Positions 17,221 through 27,302 of a stretch of 64,000 nucleotides of DNA are shown here, piece by piece. This DNA comes from an uncultured virus (IMG/VR IMGVR_UViG_3300028888_000112) (lineage: Duplodnaviria; Heunggongvirae; Uroviricota; Caudoviricetes), in IMG/VR virus record IMGVR_UViG_3300028888_000112; one strand, 5' to 3'. The first letter of the stretch is position 1, and every line of letters starts with the position of its first letter. A model generated the notes under the pieces. It searched no databases. It worked only from the letters and a program-made list of their open reading frames with translations, and had not been told where the DNA came from. The position numbers and the translations under genes are program-made.

Positions 17221-18960
17221 ATGGAGACTTTACTTGAGGTACTTGACGAGGTGTTGTGCAGAACGGAGGTGGTGGACTTCCAAACCTTTGTCACCTCCCC
17301 AAACTTCTGCAACAACCACGACCTCTACGACTATTGGATAGAGAAGGGGATGAGCATAGATCCCAAGACGTCGGAGATTATCCTTGACGGCTCAATTGGT
17401 GGTGGTAAGACAACGTTCTCCAACTACTACTTTGCGTACAGGGTGTACTGCATGTTTGCGCAAGGCTCACCGCAGTCACAGCTTGGCTTGGCGTACAACA
17501 CGGAGATATACTGTCTTTACTTTTCCGTCAGCCTTGACATGGCTAAGAAGTCAGGCTTTCTGCAGTTGTACAACATCTTCAACGAGTGTGCTTGGTTCAA
17601 CGAGAACTACCCCATAGACAAGGGGTTGAGATCAAGTATCAGCTTCCCCAACAAGTTCCACATAGACTACGCGTCTACGGAGAGTCATCAGATAGGCTTG
17701 TCGGTGTGGGGATTCATATTAGACGAGGCGAACTTTAGAAGCGGTGGTGTAGGCACGGGTGTGGCTGAGGAGTACCAAGAGGTCACGCAGCTTTACAATC
17801 AGCTGATGGATCGTTTGGTTTCTCGTTTTAGCAACCCTGACGGCTCAGTCAATGCCTTGGCGATACTTATATCGTCCGCGAGTTATCAGTCGTCCTTTGT
17901 AGAGAAGCGCAAGCAGGTGGTAAAGGGGGACAGGTGGACTACGTGCATCACCTCCGTCAGCTACGAGGTTAAGCCTGAGCGGTACTCCAAGGAGACCTTT
18001 GAGGTGTTTATAGGCTCAGGCTCAGCAGAGCCGTGTATTATTGAGTCGGACGAGCAGAGGACGCAGCTTTTTGCGGCTATTGGAGTTCTTGGTACGGGTG
18101 AGGAGGAGAAGTTTATACGGCACGTGCCTATCAACCTTAAGAAAAACTTCAAGGACAACATAGCTTTAGCCTTGCAGAACCACTGCGGTGTGCCTACGAT
18201 GATTGTGGGTTCGTTTATGTCAAACCTCAAGTATCTCTACGACAGTTACACGGAGGACATACCGACCATTTTCACAACGGAGAGCATTGAGGCTTCCAAC
18301 GAGAACGACACACAGATAATTGAGTATTTAATTCCCAACAACATACAGTTTGCGGAGCGACCGCACAGTTTGTATCTTGACATGAACCTAACAGGTGACC
18401 GTGGCAACCTTACGTGTTTCCGTTATGATGGCAAGAACGCCAAGAACCTTGATGTTCACACGAGGGTGTTCAGCATAAAGATTGTGCCGCCGCACTACCC
18501 TTACGCCACGAAGATAAGCAAGGTGCAGCAGTTTGTTTTTGACATCTCGCAGTTTGTGAACTTGGTGTCGTTTGCCTCTGACCAGTATCAGTCGGAGCAG
18601 TTGCGGCAGGAGGTGACCACTGAGCTTGGGCTTGAGAACATACGGATATCGCTTGACTCCACAGACAAGCCGTACATGCATTGGCAGCGCGGCTTGGTTG
18701 AGGGGCGGATAAGGCAGCAGAAGGACACGCTGCTTGAGCAGGAGGTGCAGGAGGCGATACACGACTACAAGAGGCATAGGGTGGTAAAGGCTAAAGGCTC
18801 GTCGGACGACAACCTGCAAGGCAACGTAGGCGCGTTCTTTCTATCCGACACGTACGGTAAGACGGGCGGCTCAATCGCCGACCTGTACACGGAGAAGATC
18901 AACCTTATAGGCGGCAAGGCGATAAACAGGGTTTTAAGCGAGCTTGGGTACACGAGCTAA
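17221..18960 (+). CDS. terL: terminase large subunit
   Basis: Walker A GSIGGGKT, Walker B FILDEANF, nuclease-domain acidic motifs LYLD, SDQYQS, SSDD; head-module context. Confidence 0.85.
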   Translation: METLLEVLDEVLCRTEVVDFQTFVTSPNFCNNHDLYDYWIEKGMSIDPKTSEIILDGSIGGGKTTFSNYYFAYRVYCMFAQGSPQSQLGLAYNTEIYCLYFSVSLDMAKKSGFLQLYNIFNECAWFNENYPIDKGLRSSISFPNKFHIDYASTESHQIGLSVWGFILDEANFRSGGVGTGVAEEYQEVTQLYNQLMDRLVSRFSNPDGSVNALAILISSASYQSSFVEKRKQVVKGDRWTTCITSVSYEVKPERYSKETFEVFIGSGSAEPCIIESDEQRTQLFAAIGVLGTGEEEKFIRHVPINLKKNFKDNIALALQNHCGVPTMIVGSFMSNLKYLYDSYTEDIPTIFTTESIEASNENDTQIIEYLIPNNIQFAERPHSLYLDMNLTGDRGNLTCFRYDGKNAKNLDVHTRVFSIKIVPPHYPYATKISKVQQFVFDISQFVNLVSFASDQYQSEQLRQEVTTELGLENIRISLDSTDKPYMHWQRGLVEGRIRQQKDTLLEQEVQEAIHDYKRHRVVKAKGSSDDNLQGNVGAFFLSDTYGKTGGSIADLYTEKINLIGGKAINRVLSELGYTS

Positions 18961-19019
18961 AGGCTTAAACAAGGTATATATTACAAGAGTAAGGTTTAAC
19001 ATTTAAAAACAACACAATC

Positions 19020-19505
19020 ATGGCAAAGTACACATTGGATGATTTGAAAAACTTGAAGAAGGCTGAGATAGTAGACCTTCTTAAGAAAGATGGCATGGAG
19101 TTTGACGCGTCGCAGACTGCTGTTGCGCTGCGCAATCTTCTGTTAGACGCAGAGGAGACTGCAGCCCCCGCAGAGGATGCTGCACCTGCAGAGGCAGAGC
19201 TTGACCTGTCGGGTTTAGCTCCCGCAGAGGAGGCTGCAAAGGAAGAGCCGCAGGCTGAGGTCGCTCCTTTGGAGAAGCCTGAGATTGAGGACGCTAAGGC
19301 TGCGAAGGCTGCCGCTGAGGAGAAGGCTATCAAAGCTGCCGCAGACCGCGCTTTTGAGGCAGAGCTTGCCAAGCGCATGGGGCGTTTTGGAAAGGTGCGC
19401 GCCACAAGCTTTGACTTGGAGCTTGCCCGCAGACGCGGCAAGAACACAAAGGCTACCTTTGAGGAGGAGCTTCGCGCTCGCAGACTGCGTTTCAACAAGA
19501 AGTAA
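19020..19505 (+). CDS. Ala/Glu-rich protein, possible head-associated
   Basis: Between terL and portal; helical N-terminus, acidic linker, basic C-terminus. Confidence 0.7.
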   Translation: MAKYTLDDLKNLKKAEIVDLLKKDGMEFDASQTAVALRNLLLDAEETAAPAEDAAPAEAELDLSGLAPAEEAAKEEPQAEVAPLEKPEIEDAKAAKAAAEEKAIKAAADRAFEAELAKRMGRFGKVRATSFDLELARRRGKNTKATFEEELRARRLRFNKK

Positions 19506-19518
19506 AAACTGACGGCAG

Positions 19519-21084
19519 ATGGTAAACGTAGAGGGTTTCTTTAGTGCGATAAAGTCCGCGTTGGGCATACCTTTGGGTACGTCTTGGCGCAAGGGGTACG
19601 GGTTGGATGGTGACACGTCTACGGTGTCGTCTTCGGAGCTGTCGGAGAACCCTTATGCGCAGGCGATCTGCGACATCACGGCGGACGACGTGTGCCGCGG
19701 GGAGGAGCCTGTGTCGTACAACTACGAGCTGCCTGCGGACGTAGAGGACTTGCCCGACGACGTCTTTGAGGTGCTTGAGTCGTTTAAGGCGGAGCTGAAC
19801 TCGATTGTAAAGTGGGTAAGCAAGGACTTGCAGTACCGAGGGGTGTCGGTCTTTAACGCCACCTTTGACAAGGAGACAAACAAGGTCTACCTGCTTCCAA
19901 ACCTGAAGGAGCTTAAGTTCTACCTGACAAAGGACAAGAAGATTGTTGCGTACGACTACAAGGACGTGACAAAGGAAAACGTTGAGGACGTCATTATCTT
20001 TATCAACTACGAGAAGGACTCGCTGTTGGAGATAGACAAGTTCAACAAGAACGTGGACGATACGTTAGCCTTTGAGGTTAAGCCCACCCCGATGCAGTTC
20101 AAGAACGCGCAGTCGACGCTTGACGCGTTGAACCTGTTGGAGAACGCGATGAAGCGTTACCGTGCGCAGCTAAGCCGTCTGTTCCGCTACGCTACGGTGG
20201 ACGTTGGCTTGTCAAGCGGTGACGTGCAGAAGGATGTTGTGGAGGCTATATCGGCGGCGTTGAACGCGGACTCGATGAACCTCACATCGACCACCAACGA
20301 GGAGTACAATGACAACATCCCAATCATACCAACCCGTAACGGAAAGGGTGAGCCTACGGTGCATATTGAAACGCCGCAGGGTGAGATCAAGGAGATGGCG
20401 GACGTCAAGTACTACCTTGACAAGCTTAACCTGCTTACAAGATTCCCCGCGACGTATATGGACTTCTCGCAGGCTTTGGACGGCACGGCGGCGAGTCTTA
20501 TACGGTCGGACTTGCGGTACGCCAAGCTGTGCAACTCGATCAGGACGCTTATAGAGAGGACGATCAACACCTTTATTGCGCAGACGAAGTCGCTCAGCAA
20601 CTACAAGGTGGTGTTCAGCTTGATACAGCTGCCTACGAGCGAGGACGACGACGTACTGCAGGCGATGGACAACTACACCACGCTTGCGTCCAGCCTTGAG
20701 GAGTTTGTGATGGGCAGCGATCCCGAGGAGTCGATATCGATCAAGGTGCACAGGCTGAAGATGATCCAAGACCTGTTCAACGCGTCAGTTAAGTCTCCTG
20801 TGCTGCAGGAGTGGTTCAACAACTACCTCGACTACCTTGAGGAGCTTAGAGAGGCTCGTGAGAAGGGGCAGACGTTGGACGAGGCTGAGGCTGAAGGCGG
20901 TGACGATGGCGACTTTGGTGACTTCGGAGGAGGTGACGAGGGCGGCTTTGAGGACTTCGGCGGCGGCGGAGACATGGATCTCGACATCGGTGGCGGTGAC
21001 GAGGAAGGCGGCTTGGACTTAGGCGGAGGAGAAGATTTAGGCGGTGGTGGTGATATAGAAACCATTGCACCGCAGACGGAGTAA
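19519..21084 (+). CDS. portal protein (T4 gp20-like)
   Basis: DVKYYLDKL...RFPATY and IRSDLRYAK resemble gp20 blocks; Gly/Asp-rich tail; synteny. Confidence 0.75.
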   Translation: MVNVEGFFSAIKSALGIPLGTSWRKGYGLDGDTSTVSSSELSENPYAQAICDITADDVCRGEEPVSYNYELPADVEDLPDDVFEVLESFKAELNSIVKWVSKDLQYRGVSVFNATFDKETNKVYLLPNLKELKFYLTKDKKIVAYDYKDVTKENVEDVIIFINYEKDSLLEIDKFNKNVDDTLAFEVKPTPMQFKNAQSTLDALNLLENAMKRYRAQLSRLFRYATVDVGLSSGDVQKDVVEAISAALNADSMNLTSTTNEEYNDNIPIIPTRNGKGEPTVHIETPQGEIKEMADVKYYLDKLNLLTRFPATYMDFSQALDGTAASLIRSDLRYAKLCNSIRTLIERTINTFIAQTKSLSNYKVVFSLIQLPTSEDDDVLQAMDNYTTLASSLEEFVMGSDPEESISIKVHRLKMIQDLFNASVKSPVLQEWFNNYLDYLEELREAREKGQTLDEAEAEGGDDGDFGDFGGGDEGGFEDFGGGGDMDLDIGGGDEEGGLDLGGGEDLGGGGDIETIAPQTE

Positions 21085-21143
21085 AAGATATATATTACTG
21101 TTAGTGGTTTTCACTATAATCAGTTGTTTGTTGTTGTTTGGGT

Positions 21144-21174
21144 AGGGGCGGATATAAAGTCCGCCCTTATTTTT
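21144..21174 (+). terminator. intrinsic terminator-like hairpin
   Basis: AGGGGCGGAT/GTCCGCCCTT then ATTTTT. Confidence 0.65.
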
Positions 21175-21218
21175 AAAAACAGCGGCAGGCGGCTAAAAAC
21201 AATAAAAGGACAACAAAC

Positions 21219-21788
21219 ATGGATTTGACGAACATTGCAAAGGTTATGCGGGGGGAGTTTGGAGTGCCGCCCAGTCCTCAGGTTGAGGAGACAGACGTGG
21301 TTTCGGAGGAGACTCCGAGGAGCTGCGTTTTGTTTGAGTCGATAAGGACAGCCGCCGCTGAGCGCGGGGTTGCGGACGACGACACGTATTTTAGGCTGTA
21401 CATAGACAGCAAGCTTGAGTCTTTGGGCGACAGCTCGCGTGTGTGCGACTATGTTGATAGGAAGCTTGCGGAGTACGGGGTAAGGGACTTCGGCGCGGAC
21501 ACGCCCCCCGAAAAGGGGGCGGGCGAGGCTGACACCAAGCCTATAGCAAAAGAGATCGAGGACGCGATGCTGAAGTCGGTAGAGAAGGCTTTTGCGGACG
21601 TAAAGCAGATAGAGAACGCCTTGTCGCTGACGGGGGTTGAGTCCGTTGTTGACACCCACGTTATAGGGAAGACGGAGTGTATAAGGGTTAAGGTTACCGA
21701 CGGTGCGGACAAGGTGCGCAGGGCGATGGAGAGCCTTGGGTTTAAGTACAAGTCCAAATATAAGGACTGCTACCATTTTGTATATTAG
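21219..21788 (+). CDS. putative prohead core/scaffold-associated protein
   Basis: Between portal and protease; carries LGDSSRVCD, GVRD, KVTD motifs. Confidence 0.55.
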   Translation: MDLTNIAKVMRGEFGVPPSPQVEETDVVSEETPRSCVLFESIRTAAAERGVADDDTYFRLYIDSKLESLGDSSRVCDYVDRKLAEYGVRDFGADTPPEKGAGEADTKPIAKEIEDAMLKSVEKAFADVKQIENALSLTGVESVVDTHVIGKTECIRVKVTDGADKVRRAMESLGFKYKSKYKDCYHFVY

Positions 21789-21809
21789 AGAGAGTAAGCG
21801 GGGTGTTGT

Positions 21810-22712
21810 ATGTATAAGATGGGGTTAGGCGGTTTTGGGTACAGGAAGCTGTTAAGCGAGAAGCAGTTTTTGCAGGTGCAGAGGCGCGCCCGACAGTTGA
21901 TGAAGTACGGTACGAACCTTGAGTCGATCTTTGTTAAGGAGCAGACGATCATGTACAAGACTCGGTCGAGCGAGTACGACAACAACAGCTACGTGTACAC
22001 GCAGAGGGTTTACATAGAGGATGCGTCGTTTGAGAATATCATAAACGCGAGGAACTATAAGGACATAGAGAAGATAATGCTTAACGGTGGGCTTAAAGTC
22101 CACTGTAACTGTTTAGCCAAGGGGACTAAGGTTTTAACAAAGGACGGTTATAAGGCTATTGAGGACGTTATACCAAACGTTGACTACGTGCTCTCATCGG
22201 ACGAGAAGTGGCATATAGTGGCTGAGGTAAGGGAGTCGGAGCTAAAGGGCAACTGGAAGAGGGTTAGACTTCAGTACAGGGACGAACCGCTTATTATAAC
22301 CACCGACCACAAGATTATGTGGGAGGACGGGGAGATGCGAACTCTTAAGGAGTACAAGGACGGGGACAGAGTACAAGGGGTGCTGTGTCCGCTTGGGGTG
22401 GTGCGTATAGAGGACGCTGAGCCGCAGGTGGGGTACGACGTCTGCTTGTTTGACGAGCCGCACAACTACGTGGCGAATGGGGTTATTGTGTCAAACTGCC
22501 CTGCATTTCACTACTGGGGGTATAAATACAAAGCTTGGAAGATGGGGTACGGTTTGGAGAAGGAGCTGCGGCGACCTGTGATAAGGAACCCGCACGGCAA
22601 GGGTTACGTGTGCAAGCACTTGTACTTTGTGCTGCAGACGTTTCCGTTCTACGCGAAGGAGCTTGCCGCCAAGTTTGGCAAGTACTGGGAGAATGAGCTT
22701 AAAAAACGGTAG
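21810..22712 (+). CDS. SWIM-type zinc finger protein containing a mini-intein
   Basis: Exteins join as HCN-CPAFHYWG...CKHL. Confidence 0.8.
   Translation: MYKMGLGGFGYRKLLSEKQFLQVQRRARQLMKYGTNLESIFVKEQTIMYKTRSSEYDNNSYVYTQRVYIEDASFENIINARNYKDIEKIMLNGGLKVHCNCLAKGTKVLTKDGYKAIEDVIPNVDYVLSSDEKWHIVAEVRESELKGNWKRVRLQYRDEPLIITTDHKIMWEDGEMRTLKEYKDGDRVQGVLCPLGVVRIEDAEPQVGYDVCLFDEPHNYVANGVIVSNCPAFHYWGYKYKAWKMGYGLEKELRRPVIRNPHGKGYVCKHLYFVLQTFPFYAKELAAKFGKYWENELKKR
22110..22496 (+). other. mini-intein (129 aa, no endonuclease)
   Basis: CLAKGTKV start, TTDH block B, YDV...HNYVANGVIVSN end, Cys +1. Confidence 0.9.
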
Positions 22713-22754
22713 GTGGTATTTATATATTATAGTGTAACAATTAAACGCAAGATT

Positions 22755-23012
22755 ATGAGAAGGATTAAGGACAACGGTGGGCGCAGACCTGTTTGGATGC
22801 GGGTTGGGATTAGCTTGGACTGCACGGCTGAGGAGGCTGAGGCTATAATGAGCGGTGAGGGTGCTGACCTGATAAGCGAGATGGTATACGAAGGACGTTT
22901 CAGTCTTGACGGTGACGCGTACGTACCTGACTCGGTTGTAGAGGAGTACGACGCGGCGTACGGCACTAACTACGGTGCGTACGGGGCGGACGAGATTGCT
23001 TACACGTTGTAG
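22755..23012 (+). CDS. small acidic protein with MRRIKD leader
   Basis: Likely start ATG 22755 after TATATATTA at 22721. Confidence 0.7.
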   Translation: MRRIKDNGGRRPVWMRVGISLDCTAEEAEAIMSGEGADLISEMVYEGRFSLDGDAYVPDSVVEEYDAAYGTNYGAYGADEIAYTL

Positions 23013-23075
23013 GGTGTAAAAAAGTTATTAACGCTTTATTGATATTATATATTACAGTTAGCAAAAAGTAATTGT

Positions 23076-23774
23076 ATGGATAAGATTCAGACAATACGGC
23101 GTGGTAAGATGAAGATTTGCGACAGCGTAAAGCTTGACAACGGTACTACGATTCCCACTTTGATGGGGCAGTGCTCGGAGGTTGACGTTATGTCGCAGAA
23201 CGGTTATTACTACAAGGCGGATTTTTGGCGCAATATACTGAGTCAGCAGTACGTGGTGGACGCGATTAAGAATCGGGACATGCTTGGTATGGTGGAGCAT
23301 CCGACGGACGATGAGGACTACTTGAAAACTCCTTATGATCGTGCGAGTCACGTTATATTGAAGGCTTGGGTTGAGGACGATGGGAATCCGTGGGCTCAGT
23401 TCGGTTTGTTAAACAACGAGCAGGGCAACAACATAAAGGCTCTAATAGAGGTCGGGCATCGTACGGGCGTGTCGAGTCGTGGTCTTGGTGAGATGGCTAC
23501 GGACGACAAGGGGCAGTACGTCACCGATGACAATTATATGTTCATCACATGGGACATTGTAAGGTCGCCTAATTTCGCCGACCTAAAGCTTGACAAGGTT
23601 ACGGACTCCTTGAGACAGTCACCAATCTTCAAGGAGCTTGTGCAGATGAACCAATTGCGGGATTCTGCAGACGAACATTACTCGGGCTCAAGTTTGGCGA
23701 AGAGTATGCGGACTGCGATAGATGCTTTGAAGGATATTGAGCGCGTTTTACTTAGTAACGAACTTAAACATTAG
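23076..23774 (+). CDS. prohead core protease (T4 gp21-like)
   Basis: NGYYY, GMVEHP, ASHVI, GVSSRGLG, WDIVRSP motifs; directly upstream of capsid gene. Confidence 0.9.
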   Translation: MDKIQTIRRGKMKICDSVKLDNGTTIPTLMGQCSEVDVMSQNGYYYKADFWRNILSQQYVVDAIKNRDMLGMVEHPTDDEDYLKTPYDRASHVILKAWVEDDGNPWAQFGLLNNEQGNNIKALIEVGHRTGVSSRGLGEMATDDKGQYVTDDNYMFITWDIVRSPNFADLKLDKVTDSLRQSPIFKELVQMNQLRDSADEHYSGSSLAKSMRTAIDALKDIERVLLSNELKH

Positions 23775-23779
23775 CAGAA

Positions 23780-25333
23780 ATGAGTGAATTAATGACATTA
23801 GGCTCGTGCTTGTCGACTCAGCAGAAGAATTGGAACGACAGCATTAGCGCGGCTCACCGCGTAGCTGACAGCTACATGAAGTGCGCCGAGATGGACGAGA
23901 CTTCTAACGACGTGCGCACCCTTGGGTTCACCGCACAATTGTTGAACAACTTTGCCGCAAAGCACGGCTCTTTTGAGAAGGCTTACAACGCTTTTGGTCG
24001 CGTAAGCGATAGCGCAGCCATTTCGAATCCCTTTGATTCTCAAGGACATGTGTCGAATTTCGGTCCTTGGATCATGGATGTGTTCCCGCTGATTACCGCG
24101 TGGTATCCAGAATTCCCGTTGAAGGATTTGGTGTCTGTGCAGGAGATGGAGAAGCCGCTTGCTTGGATGTTCTTCTCGACTTTGAAGACAGGCACAAACA
24201 AGGCTGACACCACTATTGGTGAGGTTGTTGAGACTGCTACAGGCATGCGTACCTTGAAGGCGCGCTACGTAACAGGCGAGATTTTTGGTGAGGCTATCAC
24301 TGCCGCTGACGTGCGCTTTGACTCTACCGAGAAGGTTTCGCAGGTTATGCTTGCCTACGCTCCTATCAACTTGGCTGACGACTACAAGGAGAAGCTGCTG
24401 CTTAGCATCACCGTTGGTGGCACAGCAACAGAGTACTTCTACCACAGCGACAGCCAAGGCGTGATCACCTTCGCTTACGACAACGCGGGTACGGAGACCG
24501 TTAAGGATGGCTTGAGCCTTGAGATCGAGACAGGCTTGCTGACATACGCTGAGGCTAACGACGCTACAGCAACCACAATCCAAAGCATCGACGCCAACTA
24601 CGTGTGGGATTTGGACTACGCTACCACAGACAACATTCCTCGCGTTAAGGAGGACGTTGAAAAGGTAGAGATGGTTGCCAAACCGCGTGCCTTGATGCTT
24701 GAGTGGACACTGTTTGCTGAGTACCTGAAAAAGACTCAGTTCGGTCAGGACATTCAGCAAGACAACCTGCGCCGCTGCCTTGACCTGATGTACCAATATC
24801 AGGTTAAGTACATACTGGATGACATGTACACCCACGCTAAGGGCAACAGCGGAGCGGTTACCAACATCAACATCCCGTCGAGCTCGACTTACAGCACTGA
24901 CGTTAAGGTACAGCAGGTGCTTGAGCAGCTGAACGCCGTAGCAAACGAGATCGAGATCCAAAGCGGTCGCATGAGCGGCAACCGTATTGTGATAGGTCGC
25001 GGCTTCAAAGCCTTCTTGGAGTCTTTGCCGACAACCTACTACAAGGCAACCGCCGACAACTCGAAAGCCTTCAGCTCACCGCGTGAGATTGGCGAGTTTG
25101 GTGGATTCAAGGTTTACTACAACCCGTTCTTCACCAACACATGGGAAGGCTTCATGACCTACCGCGGCAGCGAGTTCTACGACGCAAGCTACTACATGGG
25201 CATGTACATGCCGCTGACAACCACCGACACCGTAACACTTGGTGTTACCGCAAAGCAGAGCTTTGTGTCGATGGAGGCTTACAAATATCACAAACCAAAC
25301 TGTGTATTCAAGCTGAAGTTCCAAGCCGCCTAA
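23780..25333 (+). CDS. major capsid protein (T4 gp23-like)
   Basis: 517 aa; DLVSVQEMEKP, VAKPRAL..EWT, FKVYYNP, YMP blocks. Confidence 0.9.
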   Translation: MSELMTLGSCLSTQQKNWNDSISAAHRVADSYMKCAEMDETSNDVRTLGFTAQLLNNFAAKHGSFEKAYNAFGRVSDSAAISNPFDSQGHVSNFGPWIMDVFPLITAWYPEFPLKDLVSVQEMEKPLAWMFFSTLKTGTNKADTTIGEVVETATGMRTLKARYVTGEIFGEAITAADVRFDSTEKVSQVMLAYAPINLADDYKEKLLLSITVGGTATEYFYHSDSQGVITFAYDNAGTETVKDGLSLEIETGLLTYAEANDATATTIQSIDANYVWDLDYATTDNIPRVKEDVEKVEMVAKPRALMLEWTLFAEYLKKTQFGQDIQQDNLRRCLDLMYQYQVKYILDDMYTHAKGNSGAVTNINIPSSSTYSTDVKVQQVLEQLNAVANEIEIQSGRMSGNRIVIGRGFKAFLESLPTTYYKATADNSKAFSSPREIGEFGGFKVYYNPFFTNTWEGFMTYRGSEFYDASYYMGMYMPLTTTDTVTLGVTAKQSFVSMEAYKYHKPNCVFKLKFQAA

Positions 25334-25353
25334 CGGATGGGAAGCATAAAAAG

Positions 25354-25385
25354 AAAAGCACTCACGGAAGTGGGTGCTTTTTTTT
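25354..25385 (+). terminator. intrinsic terminator after capsid gene
   Basis: AAAAGCACTCAC-GGAA-GTGGGTGCTTTT plus T run. Confidence 0.85.
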
Positions 25386-25455
25386 GTTGCTTTTTTGTTG
25401 GATATAATAAACGCTTTGTTACTTTTGTGTCCGATAATAAAAAGCAGAGGGAGTT

Positions 25456-25980
25456 ATGAACTTAAGGGAGCTTTTTGGAAGGAGGAGGCTGCAGCCTATA
25501 TACGATATGGCTGTGGAGCAGGACTACTTTGATGACAAGTGCTTCTCGCTGTCGCCGCAGGTGTACACCAACATGGCGAAGATATGCCTGTACAACGACT
25601 ACGGGCTGCAGAAGCATTGGGTTAAGGAGATGGTAGTGGAGTTGAAACCCGTGATGCAAGCAAAGATAAAGACGGACAAGAGCAGGTCGCAGTACAAGAA
25701 GAGGAGGGTTTTTGTTAAGGCGTTCATAACGAGCTACCTTGGCGCGGGGTACGAGGAGTACGACTACCCCACTATGAAGAACTTCTTTGTGGCTGCGATA
25801 ACCGACGAGGGCGACAATATAGCCGACTTTGATATAGAGGGTACGGTTAACGCGTGCAGGGAGTGTTTCACGAAGTACTTAGACAAGCTTAAAAAGATAG
25901 ACTTTGACAACTACTACACGGAGTTGTGGCAGTACGGGTTGGAGTTTGTGGACGACGTTAGACAAGTAAAAGGACTGTAA
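25456..25980 (+). CDS. MNLR-leader protein (putative internal head protein)
   Basis: MNLRELFGRRRLQPIYD-MAV. Confidence 0.7.
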   Translation: MNLRELFGRRRLQPIYDMAVEQDYFDDKCFSLSPQVYTNMAKICLYNDYGLQKHWVKEMVVELKPVMQAKIKTDKSRSQYKKRRVFVKAFITSYLGAGYEEYDYPTMKNFFVAAITDEGDNIADFDIEGTVNACRECFTKYLDKLKKIDFDNYYTELWQYGLEFVDDVRQVKGL

Positions 25981-25983
25981 GGT

Positions 25984-26580
25984 ATGCTTGAGGACTTGTA
26001 CAAGGATAGGTTAGAGCCGTTGGCGGGGAACTTAAACCGCCCCAATTGGGACATCTTAATAGACGTCAACAACAGCGGGGTGCTTTTTGAGTCGGCGTTG
26101 GACGCGCACAAAGGCTTCGTGTGGCGCATAAAGGAGGACGTTGGGGGAGTGCCCGCTTTTGAGATGGTGCGCGACAAAATGCAGTACAAGCGGTACACAA
26201 ACGTTGACAAGTACGGGTTGCTTGGGTTGAGTCAGATAAACGTAGCAGACAGGCGGGTAATCCTCACCGAGGGGGTGAGCGACTACTTCACCGCCAAGCG
26301 GTTGTGTCCTGAGCGGAACGTGCTTGGGGTGACGACGCTGAGCGGCTCGCGGGTTGCGAAGGCGGTGCTTGTTAACTTGTTTGACGAGTTCACGATATGC
26401 GCCGACAACGACGCGGCAGCCGTCCGCAACACGGGCACGGCGAACGCGGACAGGTTTAGAGCGTTTTTGGAGTCTTACGGAAAGAGGGTGGTGGTCTTTG
26501 TGCCCAAGGACGGGTACAAGGACATCTCCGATAACTTTATAGGGTTAATGAGAAATGGCAGAGGTAAGGAAGGCTGTTAA
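25984..26580 (+). CDS. DNA primase, TOPRIM domain only
   Basis: VILTEGVSDY and ICADNDAA; no zinc-binding domain. Confidence 0.75.
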   Translation: MLEDLYKDRLEPLAGNLNRPNWDILIDVNNSGVLFESALDAHKGFVWRIKEDVGGVPAFEMVRDKMQYKRYTNVDKYGLLGLSQINVADRRVILTEGVSDYFTAKRLCPERNVLGVTTLSGSRVAKAVLVNLFDEFTICADNDAAAVRNTGTANADRFRAFLESYGKRVVVFVPKDGYKDISDNFIGLMRNGRGKEGC

Positions 26581-27016
26581 GAAAAAGAGGGCGGCGGCTA
26601 AGCGGAAGACCGTTAAGCCTGCGGTGAGCAAGCCGTTGTCTAAGAAGGACGAGACTATTAGGAAGATAGCGGAGCTTGCGGGGCGGCTTGGGATGAGCAC
26701 GATCACGGTGGGCTCAAAGATGAACTCCAAGGTGGAGGTTGCTGACGAGCCTGCGGCAAAGCATCCGTACGTAAAGCGGGGCGACAAGGCGATCAGCGCG
26801 ACGGCTACGAAGTCGGCTGCTGACAAGGCGGTGATTGAGGAGCACAAGGAGCTGTACGAAAGGTTGACAAGCTGCACCGACTTGGATGAGTTCTCCCGTA
26901 TATATAAGAGGTACGCGGAGCTTGACGTTAAGGTTGCGAGGCTTACGAGCCACGACGACTGTGCTGTTGAGCGGTGCAAGTACGAGAGCAGGTACAAGAT
27001 GGTAACAACTACTTAA
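26555..27016 (+). CDS. hypothetical protein with Lys-rich N-terminus
   Basis: 153-aa ORF. Confidence 0.65.
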   Translation: MAEVRKAVKKKRAAAKRKTVKPAVSKPLSKKDETIRKIAELAGRLGMSTITVGSKMNSKVEVADEPAAKHPYVKRGDKAISATATKSAADKAVIEEHKELYERLTSCTDLDEFSRIYKRYAELDVKVARLTSHDDCAVERCKYESRYKMVTTT

Positions 27017-27020
27017 TAAC

Positions 27021-27299
27021 GTGTATATGAACAGAGCGATTGAGGACGCTGCGAGGGTGCGCGTCGGGTACTTTGTGGAGGACGAGTACGACGGGGGAGT
27101 GACGCATTTTAGGTCGCTTGACTCGGTGCGGGAGTTTGTGGCTAACGTGGGAGCGAAACGGTTCTACGCCTACGACTTGGACGACGAGGACAATATTGTG
27201 AAGATAAAGGCTGTCTACATGGACAGGTACAGGGAGAGGGACATTGTGGACAGGCTTTTGGCGAACAAGAGCGGCGGCAACTTTGTACAAACGTTTTAG
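27021..27299 (+). CDS. hypothetical protein
   Basis: 92-aa ORF. Confidence 0.6.
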   Translation: MYMNRAIEDAARVRVGYFVEDEYDGGVTHFRSLDSVREFVANVGAKRFYAYDLDDEDNIVKIKAVYMDRYRERDIVDRLLANKSGGNFVQTF

Positions 27300-27302
27300 A
27301 TT

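Noticed and set aside
20880..21060. Repeat element in portal 3' end
   Set aside because: Low-complexity Gly/Asp/Glu tail within the coding frame.
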